From: Paraspadella gotoi
Taxonomy: Eukaryota; Animalia; Chaetognatha
DNA: 64,000 nt
Assembly (NCBI GenBank): GCA_051294375.1
Contig: CM119265.1
Location: 17,776,403-17,840,402, forward strand
Direction of reading: 5' to 3'
Under the pieces are notes generated by a model. It was not told where the DNA came from. It did not search any database and was given only the letters and a program-made list of their open reading frames with translations. Shown one piece after another: positions 49,866 to 62,265 of this stretch (the first letter of the stretch is position 1; the number at the start of each line of letters is the position of its first letter). The translations under genes and the position numbers were made by a program.

Positions 49866-52824
49866 ACACACACACGCACACACCACACACTTTCTCTGTC
49901 CTCTCTATTATCGTCACAATTCAGGTCCAGAAATCCTCTAAACTCGATTCCGATTTCTCGGCCACAGCAAAATAAGTGCGGGTGGCATGGCATGGCATGG
50001 CATGATCTTTTTCTTGAACGCTCTTGTTGTTATTGTTATTGTTAATAAAGGAAGTTATATGGAAAAAACTTTTAACTTTTAAGTACTTCAAAAATCATAA
50101 TGTGAATCAAACTAAAAATTAAATTTTCAGCTCATAAAAGCTAAGCGTCTTCAGATTTAGAAAAAAACGCTATGCCGTCTCTTTGCTCTGAGTATATATC
50201 TTGTCTCGGACCATACGGTCGTTGGGTCATGTGATTTCGGTTAATTAATCGCGGCTCGGGTTCCTGATCCGTCGCGAGATGGGATTGCGACCATAGTCAA
50301 TGAGGAACAATGGTTCCCTTGTCAAGCGGATCGCTTCGTTACGCCTCGGTCTCTATTCTGTTGAAGTCAGGGGACCCTCCCAGCTGGTGGAGACGGACTA
50401 TTGTATCAGTCTGTTTTCTTGATTCTGGCAAATTGAACTGAAAATAGTAACCATGCCCGCGATTGGTCGCTCGTCTAAAATCAATGACAGGGTAAGTTTA
50501 ATGCATATTCATTTGCTATTGTATTTATTTCAATTTTTCTATCTATCGAGAATAAACTTCAATCAAACTAGTGGCGTGCCGCCGTGCCCGTGATTTGATC
50601 CCGAAGCGTTTTTTATGATTGGTATTTGATTATTATTTTTTCTTCCTAACCCAGAGGAAAGTTTGAGCCCAGAATCTCAATCAAAATTTAAAAAAAAAAA
50701 AAAATCAAGATGTCAAACAATACCTTCCCAGGGGTTAGCACGAGAAGCAAGAAAATACATAATACTAATAGTAGTAAAACATGAACACATCGCCAGGATT
50801 TTTGAAAAGTTATGATTATGAATGAAATACTTCTTGGGCATAACATCATCCTTCCGAAATTAGACGAATCATAGGAAAGACGGTTTAATTGATTGGAAAT
50901 ATAATCGAACTTTTTTTTTTTTTAATCATCTCGCGGTTTTTGGCTTTTTTCCTCGCGCGTCAAACCCGGCACATTATCATTTGAGACAAACGGAAACAGA
51001 TGGCGCTTCATTGTCTCCCCGGTTTCCCTGCTGAACACATTTTTTGATCAAAAGCGGATTAAAAAAAAAATGCATTCGTTTAAATTTCCTAAATCCATCA
51101 CCGAGGGCCCATAACAAAGCCTGCCCCCCTTTTTGAACTCGGGTCAAACGCCCATCGCCTGATTATAACCGACTAATTGTTCGACGGGTCGTCATCTTCG
51201 CGAAAGATACCATAAACCTGGATCCCGTTGTCGGGGACATTCCCCGCGAATCCATTCGCCTTTAATTTCGATCTTAATCAAAAAATAATCATAGAATCGG
51301 AAAGAGATCGTCATGGCGTTTCTTCATTTTCGGGAGGAGGGCGGAAAGGGAAAGAGCATAAAAAATAACAGAGAGAGGATTTCCGAATTCGTGTCATTTT
51401 GGATATAATACCTGGTTGACTCGATAATTTTTTTTCCCCTTTTATTTCAAATCGGATTTATTCGATTGTTTTTTTTCTTCCCATTTCAATGTTATATGCT
51501 TCTGTATGAAGGGATGATTAAAAGTTTAAAACATTATTTTTTTTACCATTATTGAAAATAAGAAAATTAATACATTAAACAATTTTTTTTTAGATTTAAC
51601 AAATCTAAATGTATTTATGTCAACATTAAATTTCAATTGATACTTATATTTAAAATATAAAATTTTATGTTAATTTTTGTTTTTAGTTTAAATCAAATCT
51701 AAAACCACTGTGGATCAGATTTGTTGACGACACATCTCGATCAAAAATGGCGGCATTAACGGCGCCGCCGATTTCGGCGTCGCGACGATCGCCCCGGGGG
51801 CGAAGGTCACGTCTTTCCAACGCCGGCGGCTTTACAGCTGCCGCTACCGCTGACTCCGCCGCAGCCGCCTCCACGAGACATTCCTCGAACGACCCTCGCG
51901 TCCTCCGATATTTTCCACCGATTTTAAACGACGCCGCCGACACCGCGGAGGCCGATTTCGTCGCGCTCTCCACCCGGCGCGGTCGGCGTCGTCGTCGCCG
52001 GGACGAGGGTCCCAGTTTCCGGCGTCTGGAGATCGAGTGGAATCCGGCGAATCGGCAGCCGCGGAACGAGGCCGAGAGGCAGTCGCCGATGAACCTTTGC
52101 TGCATCCTCAGTTTGGCCGCGCATTCGAGGCCAAGGCGGATCAATGGGAAGAGGGTGAGTAAAGGAGGGCGGGGTTGATAAATGGGTAAGTGCTGAGAGG
52201 TATGAACGGAGGAGAAAGAAGAAAAAAAAACCTTGCAATGGCGCAGTTAGAGACGCAGCTCAGCACTCTCGCTCGACGATGCCAAATCGCGGTGATTTCG
52301 GGATCTTTACGTCCAACGAAAAACTCGTTTGACCTCGAGGCTCCGAACCCGTTGCAGGTGACGGTCGCCGTCTTCGAACGGGAGAACTACGACCCCTGGG
52401 CGAGGAGACCGAGGACGCTCCAAGGATTTTACGGTGAAAAAAAAAAAATAAAACAAATGCCTTTCCACTAGACTTCTTTTTTTCGTGGGGAAGAGTTGTG
52501 AACACGAAGATGGCTCGAAAACGATATTTTTATTAAGATACTAACATAAATTAATTTTTAAGTATGTAAAATGATTGGACGAATTACTAATTTCTACATA
52601 TAGCTTTGTAAAGAATATATATATTCTTTGAACGTATCTAATTGATTACTTTCAATAAAAAAATATAGAAAAAAATCAAATCTTGCTACTGTTTACATAC
52701 TACTCTCAACCGGTGTATATCTTTTTGTTGGCAAAAAATATGACAGAAAAAAATCGCTGCTGTGTTTTTAAGAGCCTATAAATGTCTTGTTTTCGAAGCG
52801 AAAACAATTCATGGCCTTCGAGAA

Positions 52825-52884
<60 letters not shown>

Positions 52885-53061
52885 AAGACAGAGTAATAAC
52901 GATTTTATTTTACGTATTATAAGAATGTTTTTAAATTTAAAAAAAAAAATTCTACTTGTTCTCCGTTTTATTTCTTTACAGCGCATCTAAATGCCCGAAT
53001 CCGCCCCCCCCCCTTCCCGACCCCGTCCCGTGACTGCCTCTGGTTTTCAGGCCATCAATTC

Positions 53062-53117
53062 AAGCACGTGCTTTTCACGTGGTCCCACGCGCGCCTTCAC
53101 GACTCCGAACCGGAAGT
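53062..53117. promoter_or_regulatory. Candidate cis-regulatory cluster (two E-boxes and an ETS site)
   Basis: CACGTG at 53065-53070 (inside the 12-bp palindrome AAGCACGTGCTT) and at 53076-53081, CACGCG just after, and CCGGAAGT at 53110-53117. Confidence 0.35.
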
Positions 53118-53868
53118 CGGCGTCGGCGACGAAGAACCAGTTTAGTATTCATCTTAAACATATATAGTTAATAGTGTGAGTTTATTATTACTAATTGAAA
53201 TAAGACAGATTAAGAAATCAAACATGCTCTGCATTTTGTTGTCTTGGGTTCAATTTAAACTAAAGAATAAGAAAATCGGTAATTATTTTTCAAGTTGCTT
53301 TTATTTCGTTATTTTTTCGTGTTATTTTTTCTCGAAGGAAAGAGGCGACATCAAACGGCTAAACTCGATGAGAGAGTCGCTGTTGAAGGAAGAAACGGAT
53401 CGAAGTTTCGAAAGGACAACCGACAAAAATCGGGAACGAAGAACCGACAAAGAAACTGACAAAGGAGGCGAAAGAGGAGACTGGAGAATTCTCGACAAAG
53501 TCAGCGCGGATGGAAAGGTCGCTAGGGGAGAATCTGGCGGCCGAGGAAACAGAAGAACAGTCGGAGAAAATGGGGAAACAACCGACGTCGTTGGAAGCAA
53601 ATGCGACGTTGGAAAACTCGGGAATCAAACGAATGTTTTTAAACAGGCTAGTCTCTGATATAGTAGACAAGAAACTGGGCGATTTTTATTAGATAAAAAT
53701 CTAAATCATATATTTTTTTTTATAATTTGTAAAAAGTTTTCTTCCTTCTTTCGTCCTTGGTTTGTTTCCTTTTTTCTTTCTTCTTTATCGCCAGCAGATT
53801 CTTTTCATCTCATGATTAATTCATCAAAATTGTTCAGTTCGCGATTTTAAAGAAGATAAAAACCAAAT

Positions 53869-53917
<49 letters not shown>

Positions 53918-56900
53918 TGATAGAGATAAAGTTTTGTTTTTCTCATTAATTCTGTTTCATCGCTGTTTTCCCAAGGTGCTTGTGGCTCATTAGCATATTT
54001 GATCGGTCCGGTTATTAGATTCTCTTGATGACGATTGCAAGCGCCATTGGAAATGTGGCGATGAAAGAGCAGGACAGAAGAATTGATTAAAAAGTTTCAA
54101 GTAATTAAAAGACGATTCTATTTTAGGACCCTGTTTATATTTCCTATTTTATAACTTATTCTTTTTGTTATTTCCATTATTATTTTTTTTTCCGAACAGT
54201 CGCCGTTGAAACCGAAAAAAACTAGAAATTCTATTATCGCAAAAAGTGGGAAAAAAATAAGTGAACAAGTGACAGATTCAATCAAATTTTCAGGAGACAA
54301 GACGAGACAATCCCGACGCCTCCATTGTTTCGCGAAGAAAATCCTCTCGTCGCCCTTTCCCACCTTCGCCGACTTTTCCTACACCGCGACGCTCTTATCC
54401 TTCACCCGTTCAACGCGCCACCCCGAACCCCCGCGGTACCCCCGTCACTCCTGCCACCCCAGCGGGGCGATCCTGCCCAACCCCGTGCACTCCTCCGTCG
54501 CCCTCGCCCTGCACTCGCGCCGTCTCTCGAGTCTCTCGAGTCTCCGTCTCCCGCCGCCCGACCGTCTCCCCGATTCCCTACGGAAGGACGCTGAGGGCGT
54601 CGCCGCCGCCCTCGCCTTACGAGGGACTCCGTTCTTCGTCCTCTTCGAGGCTTGGCGGTGGCTGCGGCGGCGGCGGCGGCGGCAGCAACGGACTTTCTTT
54701 TACGCCGCTTTCAGAGACGACGTTCAAATATTTGCGACGTGCCTCCGTCACCGGCGCCACCAAAGGAAAGTCGCAAAAATGCGGCGTTACCGGAGCGAAT
54801 TCCAGGGCGGCGCTGCCCTCGAGGGCCGGCGTCGAGCGGCGTTCTCGAGCTGGGGCGTCCTTGGAGGGAGGCGCGGCTCGACGGCAAATTGGGGCGGCGG
54901 CGGCGACGCCGTCGACCAAAGAATCGAGACGGAAGACGAAAGCGGAACCGGAAAGGGAACGAAGCCGCTGGGGGGCGTTCAAAAAGAAAAAGTATCAGCA
55001 CTGCGTTTGAATTGGAGGAATGATTTTGCCTTTTGTTTTGTTCTCTTACAAATACGAAGGTTAACGCTGATTGCTAAATTGAAGGCCGGACTTATTTTTA
55101 ATTTTGTTTTATCTGAAAATAAATAAAATAAATAAATGGCTGTGAAAAAGTATTACATCGTTTAATTTACGAAAGTAAGCTTCGAAATACTCTAAACTGC
55201 TTTTAGAAAATTTAAAAAATTAGTAGCTTTAGCTGGGCAGAGCAAATTATCATCACTTACCAATGACGTGAATTATTAGAAAGCTATTGGTAAGCGAAGC
55301 AGCAGCGACAATTATAAGATAAGGTTGCTAGGCTTGGAATTGTTTATTTCATGAGTATATCCGATGATAACTTTGAAGCTTTTGGACAGTCATCAAATAT
55401 TTAATATTTATTGCGTTTGGCGTGTTCCGTTCTTTTCTATTGTCGATTTTAAATATTGTTTGAATGTTTTAGTCTAAATGAGTATTTCGTCGATATATTT
55501 TTGCTTATGATTCGGAATTTCGAAGCGCCTCCTCGAATGAGGGAGAGACAAAGAGAGAGAGGGAGAGAGAAAGAGTGAAAGACAGAATTTAACTTGGCCC
55601 TCGTGAGCTCGATGATCAGTTGGATTCAGGTTAAATAATTCAAAAATAGAATCACTCTTCCGTATTTTTAGGCTCACAGCTCGTCCGGTTTTTTCTCTAA
55701 ACCATCGCCGTAGGATAATGTTTTAAGTTGTCGCAAGTTAAAAAGTGGGCGGGGCCCAGAAAGGACCCTGTTCCGGAAGTGGAAGCGTCGAGAAGCCGTT
55801 AAAAAGAAATGCTTCTCCGCCACGAGCGTCACCCAATGTCGCTTCAACTTCCGGTATAGTCGTGCTGCGATGCAATGCCACGCGGCGTTGTGCGGCGCCA
55901 GCGCCACGAATTTGTGTCCTCGGGTAGGCAAAAACCGGGACGCCACTTTTCCGGCGACGTTACGATGCGATAAGTTTAAGCCGGGGAGCGAAGGGCGATA
56001 AAGTCTCTCTCGTCGTGAGGCACTCCGTTAGTTCTGGTGAATTTACTCAGCAAATACGATCGTTTCTGTCTTGTTGTGAATTTAGCGACGCCCGACGCCG
56101 AAACCAAAAGCGGCGTCGTGATCGATGGAGAAAATAAAAACAAAAACAAACAAATCGATGAAGTAATCTTTCCTACTTTTAACGTTGCTAGGTAACCGTT
56201 GCTACGATGAATAAAACGACGTTTTTTTTTGTGTGTGTGTGTGTGAAAAATATAAATTTTTTTGTTTTTTTTTTTATTTCGTTGCTTTTTTTGTTTGAAT
56301 GTGTAGAATAGTTCGTGTACAAAAAGTCTGCGGTATATGACAAAAAAAAAATTGCGTGGCGTATAAGTGGAAGTGGAAATTGTGAGCTACTGCGGTGAAA
56401 ACCGTCGCCGAGGAGTTTTTGTTGCCAAGCGACGAGGATTTCGCGACAACGCGGTATCCAGGAAGAGAAGGAGGAGGAGGAAGAGGAGAGGAGGGTGGAT
56501 GATAACGTGGGGTGGGGGATCATGGGGATGAAGGATGTAAGAGAGGGAGAAGGAAGGAAGAAGGAAAAATGTTTCTCGTTAAAAAAAAAAGAAGCGGAAA
56601 TAAGAAAGAGATCGCCTCAACAGTGGTCACTGGCCGGTGGTAGCCCAAAAAAAGTTCATGTTATTAGTTTATATAAAAAAAAAGGGGAGAGAAAAGGAAA
56701 GAGAAAAATGGACGGTTAAAAATATTTTACCGCAGAACGGAATTAAGTTTAGCTTTTTGCTGATTGATGCCAAGAGACACATGAGAAGACGGAAAAAAAG
56801 TTAAGAAGGATTAGAAAGGATTTGATAGGAAAGAAAGACCAATTGGAGGAATCGGAAGAAGGAAAAATATGGACGATCGAAGAAAGGTAAAAAAAAAAGG

Positions 56901-59900
56901 AAAGAGAGCAAGAAAGAAAAACATATAAAGAAAGAAAAAGAGTAAAGTTAAGAACAAGATGTAAAAAGAAAGAAAGAGATAAAGAATAAAAAAAAAAAAA
57001 AGAAAAAAGTATAAAGCGGGAAATAAAAAGAGAGAGAAAGAAGAGAATAAAGAAGAAAATAAAAAGGATAACTCCCAAGAAGTGGTACAAGTCCCAAAAG
57101 GTAAGAGAAGAGAAGAGAATTAACGATCCGCAAATAAAAGAGAAGAATCTCGCTGACGATCGCATTTCTGAGAAATAATAAGAAACTCGAGAAAGAAATT
57201 CCCTGCGGGTCACAGGGATACTTTTTTTTCCCTGTAAGTTATAAAAGTTTTTTAAAAAGTATTTACATAATTTAGATGTCAATTTATTATAGTTAGTTCG
57301 TTTACGGCTTTAATAAAAAAAAACATTGCGCGTCTCCCATCGGCCCATAACAGGCGCTCTCTTTTTTTCTATAACGAGGTTACGTCGTCTAACGGAAAGA
57401 GATTACGACGCAGGGCGGTGAGAAGTGGGCAGACAGATAAGGGGATTAGCTTTGAGACGAAAGATTTTCACTATGACCCATCAATGTGTTAGCATCATTA
57501 TTTTTGATCGTTTGCTAATTAATGGCATAATAAAATAATTTACTTTTAATTCGCTTTAGAAAGAATGCCACGATTAAAAATATTTTTAACGCAGTTTCTC
57601 ATTTATTCGCCCCTTTCTATGTCGCGGTATTTTTCTGGCTCAAAAAATGGTCAGCGGTAAAACAAAACTCGCTCAACCGTTGCTCGTTATTACCGACGTA
57701 TAAACCGTATAAGGTGGGCGTATCGGATATCGGACTTTCCGCGACTCCCCTTTCTCCCGCCAAAAAAAAAGGGCCAATAGGTTTGGACTCGCAAGATGGC
57801 GGCGGAAAAGGACGATTAGGAAAAGGAATGACGTCAAAAACAGAGTCGGGATTCGAAAGGGGGCGCTCGTCTCTTAAGAAAAGAAAAGATGACGACGAAT
57901 GCGAAGGGTCGTGGAAAAATCGAATTAGCATCGGGAGAACGATGAGCAGGAGCAAACGGGGGGGAGGGAGTTAAGTGGGAGGAGCAAGGGAGCGCTGAGG
58001 AAAAAGGGAGAAGAGAAGTGAAAAAGAGAAAGATGAGAGGCGGACAATTGCATCAAAGTTAAAATTCGATGATTAACAGATGTTCAAAACTTCGTAGTCA
58101 AAAGTTTGGTTATAAAAAACATTAGAATGTCCTTCCAACATCTAATATCTATATACATCTGTATATCTGTATCTCTAATGACTGAAGGGGAAGAATGTTA
58201 GGCAACGAAATATTTCATCGAGAAAATCTTTAAAAGGAGCAGAATATACAAAGCCCATGAACGTCACTGGAGCAGAAAGAACTTTTCTCGAGAGCGAAGC
58301 ATTTTAACGTACTGTGGACGACACAGTCCACAGTACTTTATTTCCGAAGCGAGTTTCTCTTAATATTTTCTCTCGAAGCAACAGGAACAGTAGGTCTCTT
58401 ATGGCCGCCATAATATTCCCAAACCGGAGAAAATGATGGCGGTGCATCGAGGGCTATTTTTGACCTCTGATGAAGACTGTTGAGACGCTAACTAGGAAAG
58501 AAAGGAAAAGTAAATATAAAAAGGAAAGAAAGAAAGAAAGAAAGAAAGAAAGAAAAGAAAAAAGAAAAAAGAAAGAAAGAAAGAAAGTAAGAAAGTGAGA
58601 GATAATGTAGCAAAAAGGAATACGTACTAAATTTAAACGCCGATGTATGTTAGAACTACATAAGTGTCAGTGGCTTAACTGAACATTAATCTTTCACCTA
58701 CGCCATGGTGCAGCAGCGATTTTTCTCCATTTCCCGTGAAAAGTTAAAAAGTGAAAGTGAAATTGAGTTGGATTCCATTCGGAAGACGTGAGGGAAGGGC
58801 AAAGTCTGTGAAACGCGTTAAGTGATTCTTACAAAGTTTAATGTCTGAGACGCAACGACGCATCGTTGTAAGGTTATTTTGTGATAGAATGAATTTGCTT
58901 GGCCGTTAATGTTTTTGTAACAATTTGTTTTTTTGGATCGATTTTATTTTTCAGATAAATAAATCAGCTATCAAGCTATTTACGAAATTGTACATTTTTG
59001 AAAAACGAAGTATCTATACACGAGTAGACAATCCTCGCAGCATCGTAGAACAAACTGATTCCTGTTTTCGTTAAAAGTTTTTTCAAACTTTTTTCAAAAC
59101 TGGAAAAAGGACTCGATTAAAATGAAAAGAAAAAAACCCCTCACTTTCCCGGGATTCATTTCATTCGACAGTCGACAGAATTAAATTCGACGATCGCTTT
59201 CATTCCTCTCACCATAAAAATCCATCACTCATCATATAACGCGCCCATCTCTATTTATTGGTCGCGCGAAACTAACATATATTTTCCCATATTTTAAGTC
59301 CTCGAATCAAAAATAAAAATTTACAGCGAATAAAAAATATCGGGAAAGAAATGAGATTTTCCCCCAAATATTTGAATATTTTTTTTATTCAAAAGAATGA
59401 AGACTGAAAGAATCGAATCTTATGATGGTGGTAAGAAGATCAAGTAAAAAAATGCCCAATATATGTTTTACTATATTTGTATAGAATTTGAGATTAAACT
59501 TGATTATGATAATGTTGTTGGTTATAAACCATATAAATGAATATTAGGAATATTTTAAATAAAAACCGATTATCTCTATCAGATCAGTCGTTAAACATTG
59601 ATCAATTTTTCACGCTTATTTGCATATTCGTTGTTAGCAAACTTTGGGGAAATAAGTCCTAAAACGTAACATGTAACTAATTTCTTACATTTGAGCCCGA
59701 GGCATTCTTCATTTTTTGACTTGACCTTCATACCCCCCCTCTCATGATGGGTGAGAATTGGGAGAGCCTGGGAAGAAAAAACGAGATAGGGAGGGAAGAG
59801 AGAGAGAAGGAGAGGGAGAGGGAAAGAAAGAGAGAGAGACAGGGAGAGAAAGAGAAATAGAAAGAGCAACCTTGGGCGTTTCAATTTTGCGAAATGAATC

Positions 59901-62087
59901 CCGCTCAACAAAAGTGAGAGATAAATGAAGGAAAATGGAGATAAGGCTTGAACGTGAAGTTGGGGGACGGTTAGGTGGTTGATGGGAAGGATGGAGATCA
60001 GTTGGGTGAACAACAAGAAATCATCGGACTGAGAAAAGGGCAGTGAATAATTTCTCCCTCTCCGACAACCACCGCCGCTATCCCGGGCATCGAGCATCTT
60101 TATGTCCAATCAGAAATAACCCTAATTGCCACCACTAGAACTTGCCTCATTGCCACCCCCGCCAGGTTGTGCAAAAAAAACAAAAAAACGCGCCACTTAA
60201 TTTCAGACTTTAAAAATCACCCTATATACTTGCATTTTTAAATAAATTTTAAAAGTGATTTAATGTTTAATAAAAGATGACAGGTTTGGTATAAATTTTA
60301 TTAAAATTGGGCTATTCATTTAGAAGCAATGATTTTTTAAAATGAAGTACTCTACCACAGAGCCGAATGTAAAAAAAATCTGAGAGATTTCTGATATAGC
60401 TGGATAACTTGATTGCCCCAGATCCCTAAATAATAATCTTAAAGTTACCAAAACATACGATGAAAGACAGGTCTATTATTTTAAAGCTTTTACATGGATT
60501 TCAAACGGGGAATAAAATGAAATAATCAAATACTGGGGCAAAATTAAAATCGCCAACATTTTTATTTTTTAACTCCCAGTAGTCCAGCTTGCTTACTTTT
60601 TTAGTTATGTACTCATCAATGGCATGATCGAATTTCAAAAAAATATATTTTTTGCATTTGAATAATACCTTCCTATTATAAGATATATTTTTATGAAAAA
60701 AAAATGAAATGTTTTAAAACTTTGGTTCATGTTACAGATATAGATATTGGAGTATGTGCCTGAGCAATCAGAATGTCAAAAGCTTATTCATAACTATAAT
60801 GACAGCCTTTTTCATTTTATGATTTTTTTAGTTAAAAAAAATCCGTGTAGATTTTCCCATTTGGTTTTGGAACACTCAAGTTTAAAAAATTATATCTCCT
60901 AAACCACTTGACCAATTGTAATAAAATTTAGACACATTGATTCCTTTTTTTTTTAAATTATTTTTTATTTGATATTAAAATTTTTTTTAAAATTTGAAGT
61001 TATAAAGTGGCGCGTTTTTTTTTTTTTGCACAGGACAGTAATTGCCACTTCACCACTTCCCAAATTGACACCGCCCACCACCTCCTTCGGCTTTCGCTGC
61101 CACCCGTCCCTCGCTGATTCATTCTCACAGTATAAATCGATATTTCTTCTCTCGAGAAAAAGCAAAAACCTGAAACTCATTAATCCCCCGTCGCCATGGC
61201 AACGGCGTTATATCTCTGCTCATTGGACGCGGAAATATGATAACTTTGCCCTCTTCGTCGCTACTCTTCCTCCTCCTCTTCCTCTTCACTTTTTCACTCT
61301 CTCTCTTCCTGAGGGAATTCAAAAGGGGAGATACGCTCGAGATGAAGGGACAAATAATAAGTTTTATGTCGATAAGATTCACTTCTTCTTTTCTTTATAT
61401 GTTCTTTCTCCGGTTTCCGCGATTCTTGAGTTTCACTTTTTTCTTCTTTTTTTTTTTAGTTCCCGGTTCTTTTCCACTTAGTGTATGTTCCTAACTTTAG
61501 TTTAGACAGCGCGATGACAGCGTTATCTTCAGACGGCTCACACGGAGAGAATGGTAAAGACTTAGACAAGCTTTGGAGCCAAGCAATGGCCAAAAAGCAG
61601 AAACAAAAGATTCGCGAGAGAAAAGACAATTTGTTTCATTTCATCGAAGAGAAAAGAAAGAGAACAAAGACGCTAAGCAAACCATGTCGGATCGGCCCAT
61701 GATCATTAGCGGGAATTAATTAATTATTTAATTAATTCAAGTTAATTAATTAATTAATTTGATCCGAAATGTTTGTTTTAGGTCTTTTCGTCACTGATCA
61801 AAACAAAAGCAACGACGAGGATGATGGCGACGACGATGATGGCGACGACGACAATAATGCCGATAACGATTGACTTAATTGATTGATTGATTTTTTGATT
61901 AAATAATTAATTAATTGAAAAATAAATTGATTAATTGAATAATAAATTAATAGATAAACTCATTTCTACTCGCATGATTCCATCGAAACTTCATATCCAG
62001 CTCAATCACACACTTCCCTCCCCACACACAAATTTTCATTCCAATCCATCCATCCAATCACGAGTAATTGAAATTTTTTGCTAAGGT

Positions 62088-62265
62088 GAGACGGACGGAC
62101 GGACATACAGATGGACGGACATAATTTTTTTTGCATAATTCATCATAATTCGATGTTCTGACATGATATAAGTAAATGCCCGACAAGATTAAGGGGGCGG
62201 ACCGACGGACCGACAAAGTGAATTATAGAGTTGTGATCTGCTGATAAGCAGATCCGACTAAAAAA
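62088..62265. mobile_element. Helentron-associated / DINE-1-like non-autonomous element end
   Basis: (GACG/GACA)n tetranucleotide tracts, then GACAAAGTGAATTATAGAG, a terminal stem-loop GATCTGCT-gata-AGCAGATC (62235-62254, extendable by AGTTG/CGACT) and an A-run. This is the known HINE/DINE-1 architecture. Confidence 0.6.

Noticed and set aside
48815-51010. CTCF-like GRTGGCGCT motifs (~48819, ~50999; related CTAGCGCCGCCG at ~41377 and ~42653)
   Set aside because: Partial matches only; cannot be distinguished from chance without a PWM scan and knowledge of the taxon.
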